The translations under genes were made by a program, and so were the position numbers. The notes beneath the pieces are model-generated. The model had not been told where the DNA came from, made no database searches, and saw nothing but the letters and a program-made list of their open reading frames with translations. Of a DNA stretch of 64,000 bases, positions 1-14,123 are shown piece by piece. Source of the stretch: Eledone cirrhosa. Lineage: Eukaryota. Each line of letters opens with the position of its first letter. Position 1 is the stretch's first letter. The stretch is taken from NCBI GenBank assembly GCA_964016885.1, contig OZ024742.1, forward strand, positions 134,416,001 through 134,480,000. The letters are read 5' to 3'.

Positions 1-232
1 AAAATTAGTATAACTTTATACTTTGTTTTCCATTAAAATGTCATTTATATGGAAGAAAATACTTAGATCTCAGCACAGATGGTCGGATAACTTGACTGGC
101 AAACGAAGGTAATTTTCTCAAGTAGTACACATAGGAAAATAACATGCGTATAAGTATAAATACTATATGATATATGAATCTACGCGTTATTTATACATAC
201 GAACACACAAACATAGAAATACTCACACTCAC

Positions 233-233
<1 letters not shown>

Positions 234-276
<43 letters not shown>

Positions 277-289
277 TTATATATGTATG

Positions 290-327
<38 letters not shown>

Positions 328-369
328 TACATTTATATATATATATACACATATACATATATGTATATA

Positions 370-401
<32 letters not shown>

Positions 402-461
402 AATATAGATACATATATATATATATATATATATTTATTTATTTATATATAGAGATGTATA

Positions 462-507
<46 letters not shown>

Positions 508-581
508 TTTATATATATATATATAGATGTGTATATATATAAATATATGTATATATGTAAGTATATATGTATGTATATACA

Positions 582-647
<66 letters not shown>

Positions 648-653
648 AATTAT

Positions 654-738
<85 letters not shown>

Positions 739-765
739 AAATATATAATTTTTTATCAATGTATA

Positions 766-852
<87 letters not shown>

Positions 853-956
853 TAACAGATTAAAGTTAAAGCAAAGAATCGCTGCTTATCGAGCCGTCTT
901 CTTTGGATTCTAGTCTTCAAAATTATTAGTATTACTATATATATATATATATACAC

Positions 957-1031
<75 letters not shown>

Positions 1032-1040
1032 TATATACAC

Positions 1041-1077
<37 letters not shown>

Positions 1078-1130
1078 TATATACATTTATACATATATAT
1101 ATACCTATAAACATACATATATATAAATAT
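234..1130. repeat. Compound (TA)n microsatellite field, representative of dozens of (TA)n/(CA)n/(GA)n tracts in the window
   Basis: Directly visible; explains the [14 protein letters not shown] ORFs. Confidence 0.98.
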
Positions 1131-1730
1131 ACAGATATTCGTGTTTATGTATGTATGTAAACGTATCGTTCCTGCTCTGTCCACTTGCCTGTGTGTGTGT
1201 ACGCGCGCGTGTGTGTGCACGTGTGTCTCTGTTTGTATTCACAGAATATTCAGTAAATTGAACAAAACTTTAACAACAGTTCAGCCATCTTTGATTGGGG
1301 GGGGGGGGGCGTTAGTTTCCATTATTAAAACAGGTGATATTGACACAAATTTGTATAAATTCCAATAAAAAGAAACTTTCATTTCATCTTCAGTTATAAG
1401 GATCATTAGTTTGGGAGTCAATTTCTGAAATAGTGGAAAATATTTGTAAGCGTTAAGAAAAGGTTGTGTCTTTAGATGTGTTGAAATCTGTACTATTTAT
1501 TGTAAGGTTATGTTTGTGTATTTATGAACGTATATGAGTTTGTGTTTATATGTTTGTAATTATATATTTCAATCTACCCCGTACTTAATTTCTTTTATTT
1601 GCATATGGGTGTGGTTTTATCACACACACATATATTTATATATATATACACACGCACACACACTCTCACACACACACGTACACACAAATATATTTATATT
1701 GACACTGAAAGAGTAAGAGGGAGATATATA

Positions 1731-1865
<135 letters not shown>

Positions 1866-2486
1866 GAAATAAATGGGAGAATATATTGTTGTCGTTGAAC
1901 AGAAAATAAATTATATTTGCTGGGAATTGAAGGAGAATCTTGCATTTGAAAGAGAATAGAATTCAATGAAATCTCCGGCAGGATGATAAACAAAATAAAT
2001 AAATCCATAATAGGCAAAAGATCGAACTAAATACGATAGACGAATTAAAGACAGAAGAAATAATTAATATATACACTGATCGATGTGTCTAAAAGAAAAT
2101 TAATTACGTGCTTCAAGTCTGATTCAATTGTACAAAGAAGATTGCCTTAGCTTTACATCAGACGATATTGATAGTCACTTGTCTAAATATATATAACGGT
2201 TTCATCTCACTTTCAAATGGTTGAGATTCGGTACACCAATGAGTGTTCATTCCTATAATGTGGACAGAGATATTGTTAGATTATGACAGGTGTGGGAGAG
2301 AAAACAACCCGATCTGCGGAAAACCGTGATGAAATTAATTTTCAGTCAGTGTCAATATTGAATAAGATAACGTGGCAGACACTCTTCCTTCTTTTTAGTG
2401 TCAGATAGAAAGGAGGTGAAATTGTCCACATCGCTGTATTACTCTCTCATTTCCTCTCTCTCTTCCTCTCTATCTCTCTCTATCTA

Positions 2487-2548
<62 letters not shown>

Positions 2549-2678
2549 TGTGTAAGTGTGTGTGTGTGTGTGTGTGATGATTTCTTTATAAGGATACTGT
2601 GAGCAATCTCCTTAGGCAATGAAACATGTCCACATTAAATAAATTATGTATTAACTGTTGAACTTGGTGACTTATTTC

Positions 2679-2737
<59 letters not shown>

Positions 2738-2740
<3 letters not shown>

Positions 2741-3083
2741 AGAGGAATTCCAGCTTTGTCTGATTTACTCGTTTAATTTACAATCCTTTAAAATTTATAA
2801 TGGTATTATAATGAAATAGTATGATAGAATATTAAATTCTAAGTGTTAATTGAACAAGTACTTTCATGCTTTCGCATTCTTCAGGTTCATAATATGTGGT
2901 GACAGTCAAGTTTGACTGTCACCACATATTATGAACCTGAAGATTGCGAAAGCATGAAAGTACCTGTTCAATTAACACTTAGAATTTAATATTCTATCAT
3001 ACTACTTCATTATAATACCATTATAAATTTTAAAGGATTGTAAATAAAACGAGTAAATCAGACAAAGTTGGAATTGCTCTTAT
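2738..3083. mobile_element. ORF-less palindromic (foldback) mini-element with hammerhead motifs, probable PLE pseudo-LTR inversion
   Basis: ~172-bp arms are reverse complements centred at ~2910 (GTGACAGTCAAG/TTTGACTGTCAC); TA-rich flanks. Confidence 0.8.
2851..2889 (-). ncRNA. Minimal type-I hammerhead ribozyme
   Basis: Minus strand: TGAAC-CTGAAGA-ATGC GAAA GCAT-GAAA-GTAC-TT-GTTCA (stem I, core, stem II, palindromic stem III AGTACT). Mirror copy at 2932-2970 (+) has substitutions. Confidence 0.8.
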
Positions 3084-3136
3084 TAATATAATCTTCTATA
3101 CACAATCATACACACCCGTATATATTTATCTATCTA

Positions 3137-3199
<63 letters not shown>

Positions 3200-3501
3200 G
3201 CACACACACACACACACGAATGCTTACGCACGTGCACAAGTATAGCGCTTTTTAGAAAACGTTTTTTTTTTCCATTTCAGATAGACGCGCTCCATCATCC
3301 ACTTTTCTAAAAGATAAATCATACACAAAATGCCAGCGCCGGCAGTTTTGTAAGAGATGTCAACATGAATGGACAGTTATTTTCATCTAAAGGCATTTTT
3401 TTCCAATTACAACCCACCCGTCCCCTCAATCTATCTCATTTCTCATTCTTTCTTCTGATGAAGGTCTAGCGTCGGAAACTGATTATACAAAGCGGTTGCC
3501 T

Positions 3502-4100
3502 GACCGGCAACCGCTCTGTATAATCAGTTCCTGATTATTACTAGAATTCTATAAGAATCAAACATTCATGATTTTCAGCAAACAGGTGGAGTATGTGTCT
3601 TTGATGAGTACCAATCAGTACGAAACATAGCTCTGTCAGCTTTATCTCTCCCTGATTGCTGAACATTTAAAGTAAGTGAGACTGTCACTACTCTAAAACA
3701 ATAGCATAAGGTCTTCGAAATGCTTTTAATTAAGCATAGAGTGTATTGCAAAATACACTATATATACATTCATATATATATATCGCTATTTCAGAGCACC
3801 AATTCTAATTTTCAATTTCTGCCCGACCGACAACCGCTCTGTATAATCAGTTCCTGATTATTACTAGAATTCTATAAGAATCAAACATTCATGATTTTCA
3901 GCAAACAGGTCGAGTACTTGGCTTTGATAAGTACCAATCAGTACTAAACAGAGCTCTGTCAGCTTTATCTCCCATGTTCGCTGAACATTTAAAGTAAGTG
4001 AGACTGTCTCTACTCTAAAACAATAGCGTAAGGTTTTCGAAATGCTGTTAATTAAGCATAGAGTGTATTGCAAAATACACTATATATACATATATATATA
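3502..4100 (+). repeat. Tandem duplication, ~323-bp unit, each unit with a hammerhead motif (retrozyme-like or tandem pLTR)
   Basis: Unit starts GACCGRCAACCGCTCTGTATAATCAG at ~3502 and ~3825; short inverted copy of the unit start at 3477-3500. Confidence 0.85.
3598..3640 (+). ncRNA. Hammerhead ribozyme motif (U3 variant); second copy at 3920-3964
   Basis: TTGATGA-GTAC caatca GTAC-GAAA-CATAGCTCTG-TC-AGC; copy 2 GCT-TTGATAA-GTAC..GTAC-TAAA-CAGAGCTCTG-TC-AGC. Confidence 0.7.
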
Positions 4101-4290
4101 TATGGGATAAAAAGTTACAGTTACAGGTAATCCAGTTAGAGGTTGTGAGTACTCTGTGTCGTGGACAGTTTTAACGTACGGCTTTGTTTGACTCAACATG
4201 ATGTTTTCATATTTAGGTAGCGAGTTCGCGAGAATTCCTATGTAGGTTATATTTGGAATAATAATAGTGAAATATTAAAGAATAACATGG

Positions 4291-6652
4291 ACAGCTACAC
4301 AGCAATGGGCTTTACTTCAAGTATTAACAATTGTTTCATTGATCAGGTGAGTCTAGAGGCCGCAAATCACTCGAAGTTGCGTCACTCGACCTCCAATTTG
4401 TTTACTTATGATGAAACCCACAGAATACGAAAGAACTCACATATGGCATGGTATATATAGAGAGATACATCGTAGAATCAAGACAATAACATCAATAATA
4501 AAATATAATGATAGATAGGTAAAGAAGTTACAGATGTAAAAAGTAAGAAAATTAAAAAAAGTAAAGAAATAAAAACAATAAGTAAAAGCATATACAGAAT
4601 ACGATAGTTGATAATAGTGGTGTTTGTGGTGAGTAAGTGTCTGTATAAGGATTTGGGCATGGAGGTAGTACTAACATGAAAAGCAATATTCAATACATAC
4701 GTAGATACGTGTGGAGAATAGAAAGTAGTAACAAATGAAAGATAAAAGAAAAAAAATTGAAATTAAGTGAGAGATACTCGCATGATACATAAGGACTAAG
4801 GATGGATTATGAAGGGGGTTTTGATATGTGTGTGTGGTAAATAATTTGCCTACTGATCGTCTTATCTTAAAGGGGTTGCTGTGGTTTCAGGGAGAGAGGG
4901 TGAAAGAAAGGTTAGGAGATTTATAATCTAGTGACCAGTCGGTTAGTTGACAACTAATAACGGTGTGTCGGTATGTATTCCGTACGTAAAAATTCGGTTG
5001 GTTCAGTTCGAACTTTGGGACTGTTGGGTGGAATCATGGTGGTTTGAAATTTGTGAATCTGGTAGCTGTTTTGTGCCGACAGAGAATTGATCTTTCTATT
5101 TTGCTGTTAAGCAGCATATTGTCGTACCTTAAAATATGGAATAGTTCCATATTGCAAAGTCCGCAGTGGGACATTCCATTGTCGTAGGCCCTTGCTCTCG
5201 ATAATTTTGACCAGCTAATCCTATATTCCTGGTTTGTGTTCTTAAGCTGCGGGATTTTATTGGCGAGCGTTGTAGAGTTCTCCAGTCTACGGTTCTTGAT
5301 GGAGTGTCTCTGAACGTACCATCTTTTTTTAAACTCCCCAGCCGTGGGACCTATGTAGTGCCATGTAAAGTTGCCTGACTTTATAGTACACAAGTACACC
5401 ATACCTGAGATTTAGCCTTATTGATATTTTGTTGTGATGCGCCCTAATGTGTGTGTGGTTGTGATGTTATGTGTTTGCCTTTTGTATTTGGTGCTATGGT
5501 GTATGTTGGTAGGTTATTTTCTTTAGAGATTCTTTTGTGGTTGATTTTATGTATGTGTGATTCTATGTTGACTGCAGTAGAGTAAGATAGTTTGATAGTT
5601 TTTCTGTTAAAGATTCTATGGTATTTGTGTAGTTTGGGGAAGTGTTTGTCAATTAGCTTAAATAATGTACAAGGTAGTTTGTTTTTATAGAGGAGTTGAA
5701 TATTGGATTGAACCATAAGTATTTCCTATCTCTGGATTTTCTATAGTTCCTAGGGGTCCATATATTAGTATTCGGTTCAGTTATTTTGGTGCTTGTTGTC
5801 TAATTATTTGTTTAGTCGTATGTTTGTTATTCCTATAGGTGTGGGTAGTGTAGCCGTCGTTAGGTTTGTTGCTGGTATCTCTATCTGGTATGTATTTGAA
5901 CTCCTTATGTCCTGTCTTATGTAAAGCTATCTTATAAAAGTTTGCGTGTTCGTTAAAAATCTCTAGGTTAGAAGATAGGCGAGATATTCTGAGAGATATA
6001 CTATGTGCTGTGGAGTTAATTATGAATCGAGGGTGGTTCAGTTATAACTAATGTAGGCTAGATTCTCGTTATTTTTTATGGAAAGGCTCTATTAATCGTG
6101 TGTTTAGGTTGAGTGTTAGATCTAAGAAATTTGCTTTTTTAGAGTTAAGTTCGAAAGTGATGCATAGGCCAAGTTTTTTGAAGAAGACTGATGTTTTTCC
6201 GTAATTTGTCCATGTTTTGATTATTTAAGTCCTTAGCTAAAAGAAGTGTGTCACCTATATACATTCCTCCTTGGAGGTTATTAACTTCTTTATGTAAGTT
6301 GTGCGCTATATATATTCCCACCATGTGTGTTACCTGCGCTGAGTCGCTAGATCCCATTGTGATATTGAAGCTATTCTGTCTGTTTTTTTCGTTCCCAGTA
6401 ACTATTTTCTTCTCTTTACATCTGTAACTTCATTACCTATTTATCATTATATTTTATTATTGGTGTTATTGTTTTGATTCTACACTGTATCTCTCTATAT
6501 ATATACTATGCCATATGTGAGTTCTTTCGTATTCTGAGGATTTGATCAGAGGTAAACACTGTATTGAACTTCGAGTGATTAGCCGCCTCTAGACTCACCT
6601 AATCAATGAAACAATTGTTAATGCTTGAAATAAAGCTCCTTGTTGTACAGCC
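4291..6652 (-). mobile_element. Degenerate 5'-truncated Penelope-like element (Naiad-like) with inverted terminal segment
   Basis: Broken ORFs: RT MGSSDSAQV, DKHFPK..IFNRKTIKLSYS, GIY-YIG VY..HYIGPT..FKKR..CGLCNME; 4291-4542 is the reverse complement of 6412-6652. Confidence 0.85.
6529..6624 (+). ncRNA. Hammerhead ribozyme with extended stem II (degenerate mirror copy at 4321-4428)
   Basis: GTATT-CTGAGGA-TTTGATCAG...CTAATCAAT-GAAA-CAATTG-TT-AATGC. Confidence 0.65.
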
Positions 6653-6724
<72 letters not shown>

Positions 6725-6726
<2 letters not shown>

Positions 6727-6934
6727 AAGGCGGGTAAAATTCCCGAGATCCATGGACGAGTTCTCTCCAGCGGTCTCTGTCCCTCATTATCGCTGCCATA
6801 TCCTGCATCTCCAACAGACCAGTGTCTGTCCTTAGGGCTTCAACATATGTTAACCTTGGTCTTCCTCTTCTAGCGTGTCCATGTAGGGGCTCCCAAAGGA
6901 GCACTGAGTGCAACGTCAACTCTGGATGTCGGTG
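6725..6934 (-). mobile_element. 3' fragment of RTE-type LINE
   Basis: Nearly identical to 61383-61590; encodes ..[26 protein letters not shown], stop abuts (TA)n. Confidence 0.9.
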
Positions 6935-6941
6935 GTTCAGT

Positions 6942-6974
<33 letters not shown>

Positions 6975-8310
6975 CTATATATATATATATACAACTCTTT
7001 TTTCGTTTGTGTGTTACTTGAGCTTTTGATACATTCGGCGTCCGTGCCAACGTTTACATATGGTCATGATTCTTTGGAATACAATCACAAATTCAAGCCG
7101 AAATGGGGTTCATCTGAAAGATCTTTGGTGGAACGTTACTTTTTCGAATTGAAAATTTCACTCTGAGAATATTGACATGTGATTAGAATGTACCAGGAAA
7201 ACCCATAGACACAAGCGGAACAAAACGACAAGAGGCTCAGAAGTATACTGCAAGCAACTAATCCCATCTATGGATTTAGTCGTATATATTGGATATGGGT
7301 GCTATCAGAGATTTGGAAAAATAATTTCCTCTGTTCACATTGGAAACACAGGAGTTGAACAGGTGTTATAAAATGATGATATTCCTTTGATATTTTTTAT
7401 GAGACAATTTGTTCAGAGAGCTTTTGTAACCAAACAGTATCGCCAAACAACATTCCTATTTCATTTGTGTTTTGAGTTACATGGCAATGCTTGCTTTGGC
7501 AACCGTGTCGTTTTCATGACAACTACATGGCTACCAGGGCAGCAAGTTTTTAATTCCTTTGGCAAATATTTTTGACATTGAATTATGGTTTTTCTTTTCA
7601 TATATTAGAAATGATTGCAATGGAAAGATACATGAGAATACCTGTTTCAGTAACTCTATCTCTGTAACATCTAATTATAATAGCCTTTGTAGTTCTGGGA
7701 GAATTTTGGACATTATAAAATTATTAAGTTTTCTCAGATCTGGGTACTATTGAAGATATGATCAGAGAAAGGCTGCTATCAGCAACATTTCTGTAATACA
7801 GAAATGTTTTTCTAGTATCGGACTTTTGATGTCCCAAGTGTTATTACCATAGGCTTAATGGTTTAGTAATACAATACTGGAGAACGGCTGAGAGTCCCCA
7901 GGCCTGCAGAGCCCCGAAACCACCACATTTTTAAGCGTGAATTGAATGGCACAGGATAACCCCCCAAAATATTTCACCTCATGCATATGCTAGGTAGAGG
8001 GACACCGTGTGTGAACAACATATCAAAAGATCACAGAATCAATATATGCAATAGCTGAACATTTCCAATCATGTTAATAGTGGTTATACCAGAATAGTAG
8101 CCCTCCTCCGAAACAAGCGCTGAAGTGACATCAGTCGCCTATAAGAGATCTTGCAAAGTAAGTTGTTGATATTGCATGGATATCAACACAGAGACCATTC
8201 GTATCAGATCAATATATTCACTACCAACATTATCTCAAATGGCACTTTTTTATTCAAAATGAAAAGGTTTGTCATATCTCTGACACAATAATTAATTTAT
8301 TAATTATTGT

Positions 8311-9071
<761 letters not shown>

Positions 9072-9307
9072 TTTGAGATATGAGGAGTTCCGACTTTATT
9101 CACATTAATGCTCCGCACGTATGAACAGTAGTGTGTAGACACAATCATATTATAATATATACAATGGTGGGTATGCTCGAAGTACTTAGAAACGTTTTAT
9201 ATTTGCCCGTCAGATATTAGATTCATTATAATATATATATATATATATATATACATAAACACACACACAACCATACATTCTACATACCCACACAGACACA
9301 CATACTC

Positions 9308-9344
<37 letters not shown>

Positions 9345-9870
9345 GCGAGAGAGAGAGAAAAAGAGAGCGTGGTAATACATTCCCAGAAGAGCTGGTTTTC
9401 AGAGAAGAACCCCCCGCCCCGTCAAGCTAATATTTCGGCCCCTGTATATGTGCTCGTGTGTGGTTTCTGTGTATGTAATTATAATCTTCTTTATATATTT
9501 GTAATTCTTATTTATCCATTTTTTTTTTTTAATCATCCACTTGTGACATATATATATATAAGGTTACATATACAAAAAACGACCTCCACGATAGAGGGAA
9601 CAATCAGGAACCTGTGAAAGATTTATGTATCTACGAAACACAAAAAAAAACAACACAAATTATTAATATATAATGTGAAAGGTGTTAATTTGATACACAT
9701 ATTTTACTAATGTTATTTTAAATAATATAGAATATAATAGATATTTAAATAATTAATTTCGCTATGAAAGAACTGTCGTCATAACAGTAAGCAACGTTCC
9801 TACATTGACACATTTATGTACGTATGTATCCAAAATATGTATGTATATATATATATATATGTATGTATAT

Positions 9871-9912
<42 letters not shown>

Positions 9913-9914
9913 TT

Positions 9915-9957
<43 letters not shown>

Positions 9958-10264
9958 TGTGTGTATAGAAATTTCGCACTTCACAGAAAAATGGTATGTT
10001 TACAAGACGGGAAAACTATATATTCTCGATTGTTTTCAAGTCCAGCAATCGGAATCGTGGGAGGGATCGTCCTGCGGAAGACCAGTTAAGTCTGAAATAT
10101 ATCGACGATTATCCCCCTTGCCTCTGCTGGTCACCACCAGTGGGCGTACGCTCTGGTATTTTTTGCACAGTTACGGGTACCTAGGTGTTTACCTGTAAAT
10201 ATAACGTGTTTGTTTAGAAATATGAAATGTCTTTACAGCTATGCCTGAAGCTGACACCTAATTC

Positions 10265-10439
<175 letters not shown>

Positions 10440-10534
10440 TTAATTTAGGGAAGCTGGTTGAGCAGATAATCCACCGACGTTTGTCGCTAATTGACGTAAA
10501 GCACGATTAGTATTCCTTAAAGCATTATCGATAA

Positions 10535-10720
10535 GGCGGTGAATTGGCAGTATCGGTAGAGGGTCAGACATGCTTTCCAGCGTAGTGACGTCCCTTTACG
10601 ATCTGAGTTCAAATCCCGCCGAGGTTAACTTTGCCTTTCATCCTTACGGGGTCGATAAAATAAAGTACCAGTAATGCACTGGGTAATTGCTGGCCTTGTG
10701 CCAATAGTAGAAACAATTAT
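10535..10720 (+). mobile_element. SINE family A (cephalopod-type), with target-site duplication
   Basis: B-box-like GAGTTCAAATCC, body AACTTTGCCTTTCATCCTTACGGGGTCGATAAAATAAAGTACCAG; ATTATCGATAAGG repeated at both ends. Confidence 0.85.
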
Positions 10721-10800
10721 CGATAAGGTATCAATCGGAATCTCGATATTAAAACGAAGAGAGAGGTTTTAACTGTACATCCTCTGTCGTTTTGTACTAA

Positions 10801-10991
10801 TAATTGTTTCTAATTTTGGCACAAGGCCAGCAAGTATCCCAGTGTATTACTGGTGCTCTATTTTATTGTCCCCGTGAGGATGAAACGCAAAGTTAACATC
10901 GGCGGGATTTGAACTCAGGCCATAAAAACCCATAACTCTTTGCTGCAAAGCATGGCGTCAGACCATCTAGCGATACTGCCAATCCACCGCC
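10801..10991 (-). mobile_element. SINE family A
   Basis: Diverged reverse complement of 10535-10720. Confidence 0.8.
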
Positions 10992-11913
10992 CTTGTATTG
11001 TTCTAATAATATTATGAAATAATCATTCAGTAATTCCGCGTTATAGCACCTTGTTTCATAATGCCGTCTATTAACGTTATGTTATGTATGATGTATATTC
11101 AAATTATCCCTTGTGTGGAGTATATTCATATAGTAATTCAGTGGTACAACACATTGTTCAATATGCAGTCTACCAACGAAATAGTGTGTTTGATATTTTG
11201 TTAAGTAGTCCCTTTAATTTAACGAATTCACCACCTGATGAAGGAAATACATTTCTTACACTATTGGTTATTCGAATGTCTTGTAATGCCTGATGTCATA
11301 TATTGTGTTGCAGAAAACATGATCGGGGAGGATATCAGTTAACGCAGTCTTTTTTAGCCACTCTTGTGTTCTAACACTAACCCTAACCCTTCCCTAGACG
11401 TAAGGGAGTATATATATATATATATATATCCAGCGATGAAATTGTCGTGCAAGGTTTCTGGGCTCAGTGGGCAGGGTATTGGGCAAACACCTATTTTTCG
11501 TGGTGGGAGCAGCTAAATTTTAACTCTCAGCTGTCAACCACATACGGATGTATGTAATATTGCCAGAATTAATAACAGAACACACTCACTGTTTGGTTGG
11601 TTTTCGCTTTTCGCTTCTGTGTCTTTTATATCGGTAATCTAATTTATTAGGTCCTCAATGTTGCCATTGACTGACCAACGGTCAAAAATAATACAGATAC
11701 AATATAGACACAAACACATATATATATAGTTTATCAAGGTTCTTTAGTTGCACATATGCGACATCGTCAGTGGTGCTATTGTTTCCTCCCGTTACATTGT
11801 ATGTCTACGCCATTTTTATTTAGTCTGTCTATATATTTATTTATTTATTTATTTGTTTGGTTGTTTATTTTATTTTGTCTTCTTTGCGCATGCCTTTGCG
11901 TGTGTGTATAGTG

Positions 11914-13210
11914 CCAGTAGCAAAACTACACTAAAGGGCGACATATTCAAATTCAACGAGAAGATCTACACCCAAAATGAGGGAGCAACCATTGGCGTCA
12001 GCATAGCTGGTGATGTTGCCAAATTGTTCATGGTATGGTGGGAAAGGAGACTTAAAGATCTCCTTAATGAGAGCTCCATAGACCTCATCATGTACTCTCG
12101 TTAGGTAGACGATACCAATATAGTTATAAGAACATGCCCCGAGAGAGTACTAACAAGTTTGATTTAGAACGTAGCGCAATGGAAAGCATCCAGCAGATAG
12201 CAAATTCCATACACCAGAGTATAACTGTAACTATCGACTTCCCTTCCGAACACCCTAACAATAGACTACCTGTATTAGACACGGAACTCTGGATTAACAC
12301 TATAGACGAAAGAGCCCAAATTCTCCACTCACACTATGCTAAACCCATGACCTCCAAATACGTGATACTCAAAAACTCCGCAATGTCCAGTAGTACTAAG
12401 TTTAATATTCTGATCGCAGATTTGGTACGAGTGATGAAGAATGTGTCCCGCATGTGCGACCCAACAGAAATGGAAAGACACATCGAACACTTCATCAACC
12501 GCATGCAGTCTTCTGGCTACAACCAAAGAGACAGAATCAGAGTATTCGAAGAAGCCATGGAGAAGTATAAGACACTCATAGAACTGGACATGAAAGGAAT
12601 TTGCCTATTATACAGGAGCAAATCATGGAATAGCTTAGATAGGGCAAGACATAAGATAGGGAAAGCCACCTCATGGTACGACAACCAGAGATACCAGAGT
12701 GTCATGTTTGTGGACGCTACCCCTGGAGGGAAGTTAGCTAACCCGTGTAGAAAGGCCCTGAGAAAGACCCACTTTAAGATTAAGGTGGTAGAAAATCCAG
12801 GAACCACCATAAAATCCCTGATCAGCGGAACCTACCCTTTTAAGAAAACCCACTGTAATAATAGGAAATGTATCATATGTAAGGTAAATCCCCGGATAAA
12901 CTGTAAACCTAGAAACGTAGTCTATAGCATAAGATGTACAGAGGGTACTTGCAGAAACATGACAATAACATACATAGGCGAGACAGCTCGTAGCATAGGT
13001 GAAAGGATAGACCAACACTGGGGGAACTAAAAGGACGAAAAAAAGGATCAGTACTATACGGACATGCCAGACAATAACACGACGGTAACATAGACAACAT
13101 AGAAATTAGAAAAATATCTAAACATAGAAATGACCCAGCAGATAGGGAAATCAGAGAGGCGAGTGAAATAGAACTTAGAAGGCCAAGACTAAACAGAAAG
13201 AATGAATGGA
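11914..13210 (+). pseudogene. PLE RT (C-terminal part) plus GIY-YIG endonuclease, disrupted
   Basis: ORFs 11748-12104 and 12134-13030; stop in place of the Y of YVDD; frameshift near 13025. Confidence 0.85.
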
Positions 13211-13495
13211 ATAACAACAACACCCAAACAAACAACACTGACCTAAGAGAAGTATAAATAAATAGATGAATAAATAAATAAATACATACACAAGCACAAT
13301 AACAACAAACACATATAAACACACACTAGTCACCCAATCACGAACACACATCAAACAAAACACTATACACACACGCAAACGCATGCGCAAAGAAGACAAA
13401 ATAAAATAAACAAACAAACAAATAAATAAATAAATATATAGACAGACTAAATAAAAATGGCGTAGACATACAATGTAACGGGAGGAAACAATAGC

Positions 13496-13537
13496 ACCAC
13501 TGACGATGTTGCATATGTGCAACGAAAGAACTTTGAT
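13496..13537 (+). ncRNA. Minimal hammerhead motif (degenerate mirror near 11734-11775)
   Basis: ACCA-CTGACGA-t-GTTGCA tatg TGCAAC-GAAA-GAAC-TT-TGAT; stems I and III imperfect. Confidence 0.65.
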
Positions 13538-13756
13538 AAATTATATATATGTGTTTGTATCTATATTGTATCTGTATTATTTTGGATTGTCGGTCAATCA
13601 ATGGCAACATTGAGGACCGAATAAATTAGATCACCGATATAAAAGAGAAAGATGCGAAAAGCGAAAACCAACCAAACAGTGAGTGTGTTCTGTTATTAAT
13701 TCTGGCAATATTACACAAATATGACCCTACCCAAGTATAACAATATATATATATAT

Positions 13757-13965
<209 letters not shown>

Positions 13966-14123
13966 ACATATAATAGACTCCTTACTATCCTTGCTTTCAT
14001 ATTTCTCCTTGCTCCCCTCTTCTATTTGTATGCGTATATAAACAAGTACGTAGATACAATGAAAAGGGGAGAGCAAGGAAGATAGCAGAGTAGGTGAAAG
14101 GAAGAGCAAGGAGATCAGGATAA

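Larger units (their letters stand above)
11553..13715 (+). mobile_element. 5'-truncated Penelope-like element of a divergent clade, with inverted pseudo-LTR
   Basis: RT motifs FKFNEKIYTQNEGATIG, YSR*VDDT, DFPSEHPNNRLPVLD; GIY-YIG NVVYSIRC..YIGETARSIGERIDQH; 11553-11913 is the reverse complement of 13361-13715. Confidence 0.88.

Noticed and set aside
174-1220. Many ORFs rich in YI, HT, CV or SL, here and throughout the window
   Set aside because: Translations of stop-free dinucleotide microsatellites
3262-3355. Possible 69-bp exon (polypyrimidine-CAG ... GTAAGA)
   Set aside because: Peptide not recognisable and no partner exons found; needs RNA-seq
7000-8270. Non-repetitive block that might be coding
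   Set aside because: Only short ORFs and no motif I can assign; probably a decayed transposon
11230-11290. Isolated CTGATGA cores (also ~34741 minus, ~53138) and degenerate motifs at ~9190-9225 and ~9745-9785
   Set aside because: No complete GAAA/stem/NUH arrangement
11372-11392. CTAACACTAACCCTAACCCT telomere-like repeat
   Set aside because: Only 2-3 units; too short to call an interstitial telomere
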